Source of the DNA: Cyanophora paradoxa CCMP329
Taxonomy: Eukaryota > Plantae > Glaucophyta
Direction of reading: 5' to 3'
DNA: 64,000 bases
Assembly (NCBI GenBank): GCA_004431415.1
Contig: QPMI01000514.1
Location: 461,888-525,887 of the forward strand
Positions 36,201 through 46,540 of the stretch are shown piece after piece (within the stretch, counting starts at the first letter, position 1; each line of letters opens with the position of its first letter). The translations under genes and the position numbers were made by a program. The notes below the pieces were generated by a model. That model made no database searches, was not told where the DNA came from, and saw only the letters and a program-made list of their open reading frames with translations.

Positions 36201-39200
36201 TCTTCCCTGCCGGAGCTGGCGGGGGCTTACGCCTCGCAGGGCCCGGACCCGGCGGCCGCGCTGGAAGAGGAGGCCGACAAGGCGGCCGCCCTCGCCCTCC
36301 GCGACCCGATGGGCCCGCCTCCGCCTCCCCCCCTCGCGCGCCCGCGCTGCGCTAGCTCCCGCTGAGGCGCCGGCGCCTGCAGGCCTCACGCCGCTGATGG
36401 CGGCCTGCCAGGCGGCAAACCGGGCCGCCGTCGAGGCGTTTCTGCCCCACTCGGACCCCCTCGCCGCCGTGCGCCGCCACCGTGGCCTCCCTTCCTCTCT
36501 TTTAGGCCGCTCAGCGCTGCACTGGACCAGGACCTGGACGGGAACACGGCGCTGCACCTGTGCCTCAAGCACCTGAGCGTGGGGCACGGCGGCGCCCACA
36601 TCGTCTCCGCCATCGTAGAGCGCTGCCCCCAGGCCCGCGCGCCCCGACCCCGAGCTAAATTAAAATTCAACGTTGATGCATTCTTTCCTAGTGTCACCGT
36701 CAACCTGTCCGCGCTAATTTCGGCTTATCATGGCTCTTACGCGTGCTGCGGGCAGGCGGCGAGGGCGTCAAATCTGGAGGGCCGCACGCCCCTCCACCTC
36801 CTCGCCGCCGCCTCGTGCGCTCAAATGAGCTCTGCTGGCTGGCGAGCCGGCGCCGCTCGGCGATCGTAGCGCCGTCTGACTTCGCCCCGCCTTCGCTGCG
36901 GCGGCAGCTGGTACGACTCGAAGGTGCACGGGCAGCTGGCCTGGATTCTGGCGGGGCACTCGGAACCGACGGCCCGCGACCTCCTCGGCCGCACCGCCGT
37001 GCGCGCCGCCCCCGCCCGCGCCCGCGCCCGCTCCGCCCTCCACGCCGCCTGCGCGCCTAACCGGCGCCTCTGCCGGCGCAGCTGCACGTGCTCGGCCTCG
37101 TCTCGAGCAAGCAGCTCGCCTTGCGCGGCGGGCTGGAGGCGCCCCCCGTCCTCCGCGCAGTCCTCGCCCACCCTAAGGTCCGAGATCCGACCAGCCCCGC
37201 CCCATCGACGTACCGCCGTCGAGCGCTCACGGTCGAGCGCGCTCGGTGCAGGCTGCCGAGGCGCTCGCCATAGCGGACACCCAGGGGAACACGCCCCTCC
37301 ACTTTGCAGCAAGGGCGGGCAATGCCCAGGCGAGCTTTGTCCGCGCTGAACATCCGCATGCTGCGCCGCCCGCTCTCGATCTGACGCGCCGCCTCGCGCG
37401 CGCGCGCAGGTCGTCGCGGCGATGCTGCTGGCGGGGGCGCCGGCTGCCTCTGCGCGCGACCGCGAGGGGCGCACGGCGGCAGAGGTCGCCCCGCCCGCCA
37501 CCCGCGCCCTCATCCAGCGTGCGCGCCACCAGCCGGCGCCGCCCCGCGCCCCGCCGGCGTCTCTGAGCGGCGCGCGCAGAGTTCCTCGAGACGGGAAGAT
37601 CGAGGGCGCCGCTAGCGCTGGCGCGCTGGCTCAGCCGGCTGCATCCGGCGAGGCGGCGGCGGCGGCGGCGGGCGGGCCTAGCAAGGGACGAGCCGGCGGC
37701 GGGCGGCGGCGGAGGCAGGCGGAGGCGGCGGAGGCGGCGAGCGAGGAGAGCGCTGCGGAGGAGGAAGAGGCGTCCACGCCGGCGAAGCGGGCGAAGGGGA
37801 AGGCCCCCGCCGTGCGCCCCGCTGCCGCCTTCCTTCGCAGGAACGAGGGTGGGAGCTCCCGCTGACGCCGGCGCGCAGCGGCGGGGGCGGGGCGGGGCGG
37901 CGGGCAAGGCCGAGGAGTCGGGGTCGGAGTTTGAGGGGGAGGAGGGCGCGGCCGCCCCCCGCCGCGCGCGCAGCTCCTCGGCTGCTGTCTTCTCAAGTCT
38001 AGCCTCACATGAAGCGCTTCATTAACTTGAATATGAGCTTTCATGTAAGTCCTCATGTGCAATCGCAACATGCTCACTGAACGGCACGAGCGCTACCCAA
38101 AGCCTAGCCGGGTGTGGGTACCTCAAAAAAGGCTAAAGCACAGCCCCGAGCGCTACAATAGACGCTGACGCAGCATCAAAAACGAGCCTGCAGCCGATCT
38201 CGCTGTCAGCGCTTGCCAGCCAAGACCACGAAAACGCACGTACCCCGGTGGTGTGCCCGTACCCCGGCAGTCGTTTCGAAGCTTCTCCGCCCTTGCCAGG
38301 TCCGTCTCTCACGCGCGGAAATCGCCCGCGCTGAGCCCTGCGCGCCCCCAGATCATGGAGGGAATCGAGGACGTCACGAAGACCCCAGGCGTCGCCCCCG
38401 ACGCGGCCACGGCCAGCGCGAGCGTGGAAGGCGCCCCTGCGCAGGTGCCGCGCACCTCCAATAAATCGCATTTGATGTCCTGACATCATTCCTCGCGCAG
38501 GTTCGCGTCCGCGCCTCGCGACGAATTTTCCCTCCCGACGACCCTCGCCTCGCTTAATTCTGCGCGAACCGTGAGGGCGCGAGCATTTTTAGAACATCTT
38601 TCCTAGCATCTAGATCGTCCCTCTCGCACCTCCCAGTCCGTCTCTGGACTCTCCCACGGCGTCTCTGCCAAGCTCGCTCGAAGCTGGTGCATTCGCGCCC
38701 CCTCGCCCTTGCTGTGCCTTGCCTTTGCTGGAACCCGCTGACGAAGCTCTGGGCGCTCTTTCGCGTCAGGTCGCAGAGCAGAAACGGAGCGAGATTCGAT
38801 GCGCCCGCGCACGGACCTCGCCCTGTTCGGGGAACGACCATGGCTACGGTCCGTGTGCGCGCGCGCTGCGCCCCCGGGATGGTCAGAAGGGGACACTGCT
38901 CGTTTTTCGAGCTTGCCTAGTGCTCTACCTTACCACTCTCACCTCAACCTGCGAAGGGGAAGGCCCCCGCCGTGCGCCCCGCTGCCGCCTTCCTTCGCAG
39001 GAACGAGGGTGGGAGCTCCCGCTGACGCCGGCGCGCAGCGGCGGGGGCGGGGCGGGGCGGCGGGCAAGGCCGAGGAGTCGGGGTCGGAGTTTGAGGGGGA
39101 GGAGGGCGGGGCGCCGGCGGCGCCGCGGCGCTCCTCGGGGCGCCCGTCGAAGGCGCGCGGGATGAACTTCGCCGAAGCGGCGGAAGAGGAGCAGGAAGAG

Positions 39201-39619
39201 GAGGAGGAGGAGGAGGAGGAGGAGGAGGAGGACGAGGAGGAGAAGGAGGAGGCGCAACAAGACGAGGAAGAGGCGGCGCGATCGCGGGGCGGGCGGTGGC
39301 GGCGGGAGGCGCCGGCGGCCGCCGCCCCGGCGACGCGGGCCAGGGCGCCAGCGGGAAGCGCGGCCGGGCGGCGGCGGCGGCGGCGGACGAGGAGGAGGAG
39401 GCTTCTTCGAAGCAGAAGGAGCAGAAGGCGCCGGCGCCGCGGGGGAGGAAGCGGGCGGAGCCGCCCCCGAGCGAGGGCGAGGAGACCGAGGCGGGGGAGG
39501 AGGCGACGCCTCCGCGGGGGCGGGGCAGGGCCGGCGCGAAGGCGCCCGCTCCGGAGGCGTCGGCCTCGGCTCCGCAGGCGCGGCGCTCCACCCGCTCAAA
39601 GCGCAAAGGCCGCAAATGA
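33260..39619 (+). CDS. Ankyrin-repeat protein with acidic/basic low-complexity C-terminus, spliced
   Basis: GADPSLTDARGWTALHAAA, DVNARDEEGRTALYAAA, GATPLYGAC, DLDGNTALHLC, NLEGRTPLHLL, DTQGNTPLHFAA; poly-E and K/R tail ending at 39619. Interrupted by the 37949-38950 insertion. Confidence 0.8.
37791..39108 (+). repeat. 158-bp direct repeat (37791-37948 and 38951-39108) flanking about 1 kb of unrelated DNA
   Basis: GCGAAGGGGAAGGCCCCCGCC...GAGGGGGAGGAGGGCG occurs twice, 1160 bp apart, apparently identical. Confidence 0.9.
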
Positions 39620-40761
39620 GAGGGCGCCATCTCTGGTTTTTTGCGATCAATTGTTTTTCGCGACCAGTTCAGCATTTTCTCTCCTTTTCAAGGACCACTG
39701 CACATTCGGTTACACTTGCTTATCGAATTGTGCTCAACTGCTTTTCGAATTGTGCTATTACTAAGTTATAACTTATTGCTTTTTTTTTGGTGAATTACCG
39801 GCCACAGTCTCTAGACACCAGCACTGCGGGGGCTGCCCAGGGGGCATAAAGACAAAAAAGCAAAATAACTAAGACAAGAGCACGAAGAAAGATAAGACAA
39901 AGAGCCAAAATCGACAATAAAAAAGGAAAGACACAGAGCTCGAGACAGACGCATGCGGACACTCGTAAAAAAATCGGCTCTCACGGAACGGCCGAGCCAA
40001 AAATCTTCGATAGTTGACTGAGGTCAGAAAACTTACCTTAGGGTTGTGTCAACGCATATGAGAACACAGTGTGGTATACAGTATATTACACCAGATTAAG
40101 GAACTGAAATTTTGACTTTCCGCGTTAATATTAGGTACCGCGCTTATTCTCGAAATCCACTGCGATAATGCCAGATACATTACCCCCAAGTAAAACTAAA
40201 TTCAAAATGTCAGGGCGTTAATTTAATTAAAAAACGGCAATTTTAATTTTGCCCCCCCCCCCCCCCTCCCCGCGGATCGATATCGATCGATCGAAGATCA
40301 GTTTAGGTTTTAAAGAAATTTTCATGCATGAAGTTCTCAGTCGCAGTGCCTACGCGCGTACCACGCGCGTACCGCGCGCGCGCGCGTCACGGCGTACGTA
40401 CCGGTACGGACCGGGTCGGACCCGTACTATGGTACGGTTACTACGGTACATGCCACGGTGCGCCGCCACCGTGGCACGGACCACGGTGCGCGTCGTGACC
40501 GTCACACCGTGTGACCGTCGGACGCGAGGCGACGCGAGCCGCCGGCCAGCCGCGGGCCGGGGCCGCTCGCGACGACGACGTCGACTCGTCCACTTGAGTC
40601 AACGTCATGACTGTGAGCTGCCAGGCTGTCGGGCAACTTCTAAAAAAAAACCCTTCACCCTTTCACCGGTACCAGTATACGTACGTGTATATACGATCCG
40701 ACTCGGAGTCGAGTTTTCCCCAGCAGTTTAAGCTGGCCAGTGGCGTGCATGGAAAGTGGTA

Positions 40762-40868
40762 GATAACGGAAGTAACGGAAAGCTTAAGTGGCGGATAACG
40801 GACGTTTCCGGAAAGTAACGGACAGCTTAAGTGGCGGATGGCGAAAAGTAACGGAAAGTAACGGAAAC
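40762..40868 (+). repeat. Cluster of short direct repeats (TAACGGA x6; AGCTTAAGTGGCGGAT x2)
   Basis: Read directly from the sequence. Confidence 0.8.
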
Positions 40869-41442
40869 ACGTGCCACGGTGTGCACTGTAGTCTGCCGCT
40901 GTTAACGTTCTACTGCTATACTGCAGCTATAGCTACTGTAGGCTTTAAACGTAAACGTAGCTTCGGACAGCGCTCAGTTCGTATATTGCAATTGAGGTAC
41001 TACTTGTACAATTGCCATGAAGTGAAGGTTTTCTGATAGCAGGCGAACACACTTGCTCACAACAATGGCAGCAGAGATATTGGATTTCCTAGCAGCTAGT
41101 TTACAATCATTCGGTTACGAATGATTGAGTGTATAAATGGTTGAAGAGAATATTGAGAAATAGAAGACTACTAAAGAGATCTAGAGACTACAAATAATTA
41201 GCTATGAAATCAGAAAGTCTGCAGCTACTCTATATCTAAAACTACAGTATGAATGCGCTCATGCATCATATGCATGACAGACATAAGAGAAAACATGCTC
41301 ATGCAGCTGCAAGGCAAATGAATGGGAATATGAATCTGCATATGAATAATAAAGGAAGGGTAAGCGGGCGGCCTCCGCCATGCGGCACATCCGCATTGGC
41401 GGCAAGGGTGCCCGCGCCCCAAAGACAAAGACAACGCCGGAA

Positions 41443-42381
41443 TCAAGCAGAAGGCGAAGAGGACGGCGAAGGCAAGGGAGCCGGGATGTTCCCGGCGAGA
41501 GCCATGGCGCTGGTGAGACCGGGCCTCGCCGAACCCTGAATGTAGCGGCGATAGACCTGAGAATCCGGATGCAAACGTCCAAAGGCGCGAATGACGTCGT
41601 CGGGAACACCAGCAGCTGCAAGAGCACAGGCCCCACCCCGGCGCAGACTGTGCGTGGCGAAACCAGATTTGTCAATACCAGCGAGGTTGAGAAGCTGCTG
41701 AAGTGCGAAGCCGACAGACGCCGGAGAAAGGGCGACACTAGCTATAGGATTGCGAAGCTGTCCAAAGACTACATCCACAGTAGGAGGCAGAGTGGCTAGA
41801 TAAACACGAAGACGAAAATCAGGGCATAACACGTTGCCTGGCATAGCCGAAATAAAAAGCTCGTGACCAATCCGAGTCTGATCTGTTTTAGAGCGAGGGA
41901 CACGGAGGACCATGCCATCTGGGCGGAAAGATATATGAGACCGCCGAATTTGCACAATCTCAGAGCGACGAAGGAGGCCAAAGAAACCGACGGTGATCAT
42001 AGCAATAGAGCGACGATGGGTCTGTGATGGAACACGATCAGAAGCTACCGCTAGCCGGCGAATATGTTCGACCGAGAGGACGGCCGCTGGGCGAGTGGGA
42101 CCATCGCCTAGGACTCGGCGCAAGCCCGTGAGGACGTGCTGAATAAGCACTGAGCTGAAAACTGAGGTATCAAAGCGCAAGGTCTCACACTCATTACGAA
42201 CTGCAGAAAAAGCTACATTTATAGTTGAGAAGACGTAGTCATCGTCAGCAATATCGCACAAAAAACCGGCTAGAACCTCAGCATCGACGGGAAAAGGTAG
42301 AACACCCAGTTGAATGCAGAACTGCCGAAAACGGCCAACCCACATTGCATCAGCCCCGCGAATGGGTCGGACGCGGAGCAA
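41443..42381 (-). CDS. Tyrosine recombinase (DIRS/Crypton/PLV-type) with N-terminal SAM-like core-binding domain
   Basis: RFRQFC N-terminal block; catalytic residues in GFFGLLRRSE (R), RSKTDQ (K), THSLRRGGA (HxxR), FGRL..SQVYRRYI (Y). True start uncertain (ORF opens at TTG). Confidence 0.93.
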   Translation of the reverse strand: MLRVRPIRGADAMWVGRFRQFCIQLGVLPFPVDAEVLAGFLCDIADDDYVFSTINVAFSAVRNECETLRFDTSVFSSVLIQHVLTGLRRVLGDGPTRPAAVLSVEHIRRLAVASDRVPSQTHRRSIAMITVGFFGLLRRSEIVQIRRSHISFRPDGMVLRVPRSKTDQTRIGHELFISAMPGNVLCPDFRLRVYLATLPPTVDVVFGQLRNPIASVALSPASVGFALQQLLNLAGIDKSGFATHSLRRGGACALAAAGVPDDVIRAFGRLHPDSQVYRRYIQGSARPGLTSAMALAGNIPAPLPSPSSSPSA

Positions 42382-42523
42382 CAGCTTTAGCAGCGCCGAG
42401 GGCTTCGTCGGCGTCTACAGCACAGAGGACAGTGGGAAGCTCGAGGCCTCCAGATCGAAGTCCGCGCAGCGCTCCTGGCGCCAGACGAGCGGGCCCCCGC
42501 CCCCCGGCCGCGGGAAAAAATGA

Positions 42524-43088
42524 GAGAGAGCCCACCGCGGTGGCCCACCCCTCTCCGCCACCCCCATCCCATCACCACCTCTCTCGCTGCACCAGCCCTA
42601 GCGTCCACCCCGCTATCACTCCAACCCCGCTCTCTCGTTACGTCTACCCCGCTCTCTTGTTACGTCTACCGACCCACTCCCTAGGACGAAGCCAAGCAAT
42701 ATCTGACGACTATACAAGGCAGAGCTGTGAAGAAGAATAGACGAAGAGGAGCGCGGCCCCCCTTGCGCGCGGTCTGCAGAGCAACAAGTAAGAATAGTCT
42801 AGACGATATTAATGTGTACAATGAAGCTAACAGAGGAAACACGTTTAGCTCAATTCTAGACGAAATTGATGTTTACATCGAAGCTAACAGAGGAAGCACG
42901 TTTAGGTTAATTTTAGGCGATATAGATGAGTACGATGAAGCTAACAGAGGAAGCACGTTTAGGTTAATTTTAGGCGATATGAATGAGAACATTGAAGCAA
43001 CCAGAGGAAAAGCGTTTAGCTCTATCTAGGCGATAATGATGAGTACATTGAAGCACTTCGTGTCCCAAGAGCGCTCTGGTGCGGCCTC
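42524..43088 (+). repeat. Left terminal inverted repeat (minimum extent)
   Basis: Reverse complement of 63437-64000 apart from one C-run indel near 42760. Confidence 0.95.
42798..43055 (+). repeat. 57-bp tandem repeat, about 4.5 copies, inside the TIR (mirrored at about 63470-63727)
   Basis: Units T(C/T)TAG(A/G)CGA...GAAGCTAACAGAGGAA.CACGTTTAG... start at 42798, 42855, 42912, 42969, 43025. Confidence 0.9.
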
Positions 43089-43094
43089 ATCCAC

Positions 43095-43427
43095 TTAATC
43101 TGGCTGCTTTTCCGAAACTGGAGTCTTCTCCTTTCTGAAACTTGATAGCAAGGACTTTCTTCTTTTCATTGGCTTCGGGATATCTGGGGGTGGCCACGAC
43201 AATCTTCGGCCTTCATCAAGCCAAGGTACAGGTGAATCAGTTCGAGTAAATGGAGAATTGGACCTAGAAGTCCTGGGTGTGTTAATAGGCGATACCTGAG
43301 TTTCTGGGGTGCGAGAGCCCTCAGTGTCCGATATTTCGAGGTTAATGGTCGTCTCGCAGCAACTACAATTCAATTTGCTGGTGACGTTGAGATGGAACAT
43401 ATCCATGAATTTTCGAAGCAAATCCAT
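43095..43427 (-). CDS. Hypothetical viral protein, S/P/T-rich with basic C-terminus
   Basis: 110-aa ATG ORF, co-oriented with and tightly packed behind the fibre genes. Confidence 0.6.
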   Translation of the reverse strand: MDLLRKFMDMFHLNVTSKLNCSCCETTINLEISDTEGSRTPETQVSPINTPRTSRSNSPFTRTDSPVPWLDEGRRLSWPPPDIPKPMKRRKSLLSSFRKEKTPVSEKQPD

Positions 43428-43465
43428 CTATTAATGGAAAAATATAAAAAAACAAAGGAATGCGG

Positions 43466-44296
43466 CTATGGAGCCGTATCGCTGCCGAATATAGGAAAAT
43501 ACCTGTTTGTACCAACATATTCTGCATATGTGTTCTGTTTAGCAATAGCATCGGTTCGTTCAGCATAAAGGATACATTTGTAGATACCAAACCTGGTAGC
43601 TCTTACTAAGAACTGATAATCTTCTAATCCGAAATTTACACCATGATACGCGATTCCAAAGTTATCGTAAGGAGTTATTACCACCGTAATATTCGGAGTT
43701 CCACCTTCAACCTGGCAGAGAGCGTAGATATCAGGCGGGATGTCAACGACGACCTTGAAATGATCACCAATTTCAACCAGAGAATCAACTACTGATGTTT
43801 GCTCATTAACAACGATTGGAAAGATCTTTATAATATACGGTGCATTCATACCGGGGACATACGTCCGAATCCGCGTCAGATTGTCGATCGGGTTTGGCGT
43901 GTCGTTTACGAAGAGAGGAGCTCCAATAGCTCCGCCAACACGAAGACCATCACCAATATATGCGCCGCCATTTCGGCAGTTAATAGCTCCCGAACGAGAT
44001 TCGAAAGAATAAGTCGAAAGAGGGGCGCTATAACTATCTGGATCGCCATAATGGGCGCTAAAATTTGCATTTGTGACAAGAAGTTTCGTTGTCTTAACTA
44101 TACCATTATTTTTATCACATCGGAGTTCCTGCAATCGAAGTTTATGTGTAGATCCGAAGGTATTCATTGTTGGCTGAACTTCTGTTGATTCAAGACCTTC
44201 CACATCATCAAAACAAGCGTGTTGTAGAACGTGATTTGCAGGACTGGCTAAAGATAGTTGTGCCGTAACAATACGCTCTATTGGAATTTCAGCCAT
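43466..44296 (-). CDS. Putative fibre/spike paralogue A (shared N-terminal domain, non-C1q head)
   Basis: LRLQELRCDKNNGIVKTTKLLVTNAN...GGAYIGDG aligns with the three neighbouring paralogues. Confidence 0.7.
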   Translation of the reverse strand: MAEIPIERIVTAQLSLASPANHVLQHACFDDVEGLESTEVQPTMNTFGSTHKLRLQELRCDKNNGIVKTTKLLVTNANFSAHYGDPDSYSAPLSTYSFESRSGAINCRNGGAYIGDGLRVGGAIGAPLFVNDTPNPIDNLTRIRTYVPGMNAPYIIKIFPIVVNEQTSVVDSLVEIGDHFKVVVDIPPDIYALCQVEGGTPNITVVITPYDNFGIAYHGVNFGLEDYQFLVRATRFGIYKCILYAERTDAIAKQNTYAEYVGTNRYFPIFGSDTAP

Positions 44297-44319
44297 TTTA
44301 CATTTAAGTAATATATAAT

Positions 44320-45174
44320 TTAAGGTGTTGGATCGTCAATAACATCTGGCTCCTGGTAAAATCCGGTTGTAAAGATATCAGCAACATTCACACCACGAAG
44401 TGCCGAAACAGCTGCTATATCTGTTCTCAGTCCCATTATCATAGTATTGTAAACTCCCACCTCAGTGACAAACAAATCATAAGTAAATGTCAAATTGTTA
44501 TATACACAATATCCCCGACCGAAATGATTTGATGCTTGAACAAAGAATAGGTAATTGTGACCTGGTTGATTGTTGTTTGATCTACACATCGAAAGCATTG
44601 CTGTGGGAAGAGATATATTCCTTCTCACGCGATCAGTTCCTGTTATGGAAATCAACTCTGAATTTTCAAGAGAGACAGATGATGCAACATAGAAGTGAAG
44701 AAAAGGTTGCTGTGCAACAGGTGTATAGAACCGAATTCGTTGTGGATTTTCAACATTTTGTTCAAGGGTATCCGGGACATCATTGTATGCAATCGAAGAA
44801 GAGAGTTGACCTGAAACTCTGCAACCACCACCAATAAATGCTCCACCTGAACGAATTGTAGCAGCAGCAGAATTCTTGTCGAAATCGAGGGCTTTCAGAT
44901 CAACACTGTATGCATCAGGACCTCCATTTATTGGTTGGAAGAAGTTAGCATTGCTTACGAGTAGTCGAGTTGTTTTAACCACACCTGAATTCTTATCAGC
45001 TCTCAGCTCTTTAACTCGAATAATCGAATTTTTATCAAAAGCATTCCCGTTAGAATTAGGTCTTTCAGTGGACTCTAAACCACGAACCTCATCATTAACT
45101 TCATGCTGGCGAAAGTGCATTGCAGGGGATCCAAGGGAATATATTGGAAGTTGAACTCGATTATATTCCCCCAT
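44320..45174 (-). CDS. Putative fibre/spike paralogue B (shared N-terminal domain, head related to A)
   Basis: IRVKELRADKNSGVVKTTRLLVSNAN...GGAFIGGG; C-terminal NHFGRGY..GVYNTMIMGLRTD resembles A (DNFGIAY..GIYKCILYAERTD). Likely ATG at 45174. Confidence 0.7.
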   Translation of the reverse strand: MGEYNRVQLPIYSLGSPAMHFRQHEVNDEVRGLESTERPNSNGNAFDKNSIIRVKELRADKNSGVVKTTRLLVSNANFFQPINGGPDAYSVDLKALDFDKNSAAATIRSGGAFIGGGCRVSGQLSSSIAYNDVPDTLEQNVENPQRIRFYTPVAQQPFLHFYVASSVSLENSELISITGTDRVRRNISLPTAMLSMCRSNNNQPGHNYLFFVQASNHFGRGYCVYNNLTFTYDLFVTEVGVYNTMIMGLRTDIAAVSALRGVNVADIFTTGFYQEPDVIDDPTP

Positions 45175-45212
45175 TGCTTCTTTTACTAAGAAGGAAAGAA
45201 AAATAATGTTCA

Positions 45213-45476
45213 CTACTCTTCTGTGACATTGTTATACTCGATTGCCTTTTTTACAGTTCCCCTTTGGAAAGCCTGTAAAACAATAGCCTCCTTTGAGGAT
45301 GGTATTTGAATCCCAGCTGCAATGCAAGATTGAATCTCTTTCTGAACAATCTCATCAATTGCAATTCTTGCTCTGTTGTGGGCAGCATTATCAATCCAAT
45401 CCTGAACAGAAGCAGAGCAATATTCCATTCCCAAATTTTCAGTTTCTGAAAGGGCTACATGGTAGATATTCGACAT
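45213..45476 (-). CDS. Small phage-type tail-fibre-associated protein
   Basis: LSETE..GMEY.SASVQDWIDNAAHNRARIAIDEIV...QAF..G.VK.A resembles, from memory, a small protein family encoded next to fibre genes in aquatic tailed phages. Confidence 0.55.
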   Translation of the reverse strand: MSNIYHVALSETENLGMEYCSASVQDWIDNAAHNRARIAIDEIVQKEIQSCIAAGIQIPSSKEAIVLQAFQRGTVKKAIEYNNVTEE

Positions 45477-45498
45477 TTCTTAATCTACTATGAGAAAA

Positions 45499-46518
45499 TT
45501 AAACGATGCTAATCAATTCACCCGAAAAACCTGTTATACTTGAATATGAACCAGAAGAGCCTGAGACCAGTGTCACATACTCATTTTGGGCAAGATTTAG
45601 AATGCAAGAGAAACACAATGCTTTATTGGTGTGTGTGCTGCTGTGGATTTGGGAAATGCTTAAACCCCCAGGATCTGCATCATTCACTTTTATAAATAAT
45701 TCGATTGTAGCTGATGTGGTTGAAAATGAGAACACCGAAAATCGATAGTGTCCTGCAACAGGTGCTGTAAATCTTCCTGTTGATGTGCTAAATGCATTTG
45801 TATTGTTTATTCTTACAGTTGCCCAATTTATAAGAGCATCAGAACTTGTAGCAGAATGAGTGTATCCAAGTTGAACTGAAAATCGTGGATGTGACGTTTT
45901 AAGATAGCATCCTTCATTTACTGTCAAACTATTGGCTTCAAGAGTAGCAACAGTGTTACTATTTCGTTTTAACAAAAAGTTGACATCGGCTCCTGTATCA
46001 ATTTCAGGAGAGACAACCTTAGTAGATGCTGTGATTATTGATTGTGTGTAGTTAGGAATACTTATACCAGCATTTGCTGTAACCAAACCTGTAAATGTGC
46101 TTGATCCTGTAATGTTTACTTGATTTGCGGTAAGGGTTCCATCAATCATTGCCCCATCTCCAATATAAGCGCCTCCACTTTTTACTACAAGAGCTGAGTT
46201 ATTGATGTTGTTGTCAAAAGTAACAATCTTTGGTGTGGTGAACCCTCCCACATCATCATAAATTGCTGAATCTGATACAATCTGACCTGATTGAACTTGG
46301 TTCTTGTTTGAGACTATTAGACCTGTGGTTCTCACCTTGCCTGCATTTCGATCACATCGAATTTCTTTGCATCTGATCACCGAATTTTGAGAGAATGAAT
46401 CGGCTCCTGTGGTCTCTGTGCAAATGAAACCTGGGGTAGCATCTGTTACTGTATGGTTGAGTTGATGCAATTTCGGCGCTGCATAACAGAAAACAGGAAC
46501 AGCTATTTGTGTAGACAT
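45499..46518 (-). CDS. Fibre/spike paralogue C with C-terminal C1q/TNF-like head
   Basis: Shared N-terminal domain, G/T/N-rich shaft, then PRFSV...AFSTSTGRFTAPVAGHYRFSV...ILNLAQNEYVTL...FSGELI, a gC1q signature. Confidence 0.82.
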   Translation of the reverse strand: MSTQIAVPVFCYAAPKLHQLNHTVTDATPGFICTETTGADSFSQNSVIRCKEIRCDRNAGKVRTTGLIVSNKNQVQSGQIVSDSAIYDDVGGFTTPKIVTFDNNINNSALVVKSGGAYIGDGAMIDGTLTANQVNITGSSTFTGLVTANAGISIPNYTQSIITASTKVVSPEIDTGADVNFLLKRNSNTVATLEANSLTVNEGCYLKTSHPRFSVQLGYTHSATSSDALINWATVRINNTNAFSTSTGRFTAPVAGHYRFSVFSFSTTSATIELFIKVNDADPGGLSISQIHSSTHTNKALCFSCILNLAQNEYVTLVSGSSGSYSSITGFSGELISIV

Positions 46519-46540
46519 TCTTTATATATTGTGGATAATA

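Noticed and set aside
288-39764. Numerous long overlapping ORFs rich in R/G/A/P
   Set aside because: Stop-poor shadow frames expected at very high GC; the real genes are spliced and recognisable only as exon blocks.
40037-40046. TTAGGG as telomeric repeat
   Set aside because: Single occurrence, no tandem array.
41380-42381. Complete DIRS/Ngaro retrotransposon
   Set aside because: No gag, RT or RNase H motifs or split repeats visible in the window; only the YR can be supported.
42225-43029. ORFs within the TIRs (and mirrored 63496-63984) as genes
   Set aside because: Non-ATG starts, low complexity and derived from repeats; no support for coding.
42798-43055. 57-bp array as a CRISPR array
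   Set aside because: Whole units are homologous end to end, with no unique spacers and no cas genes.
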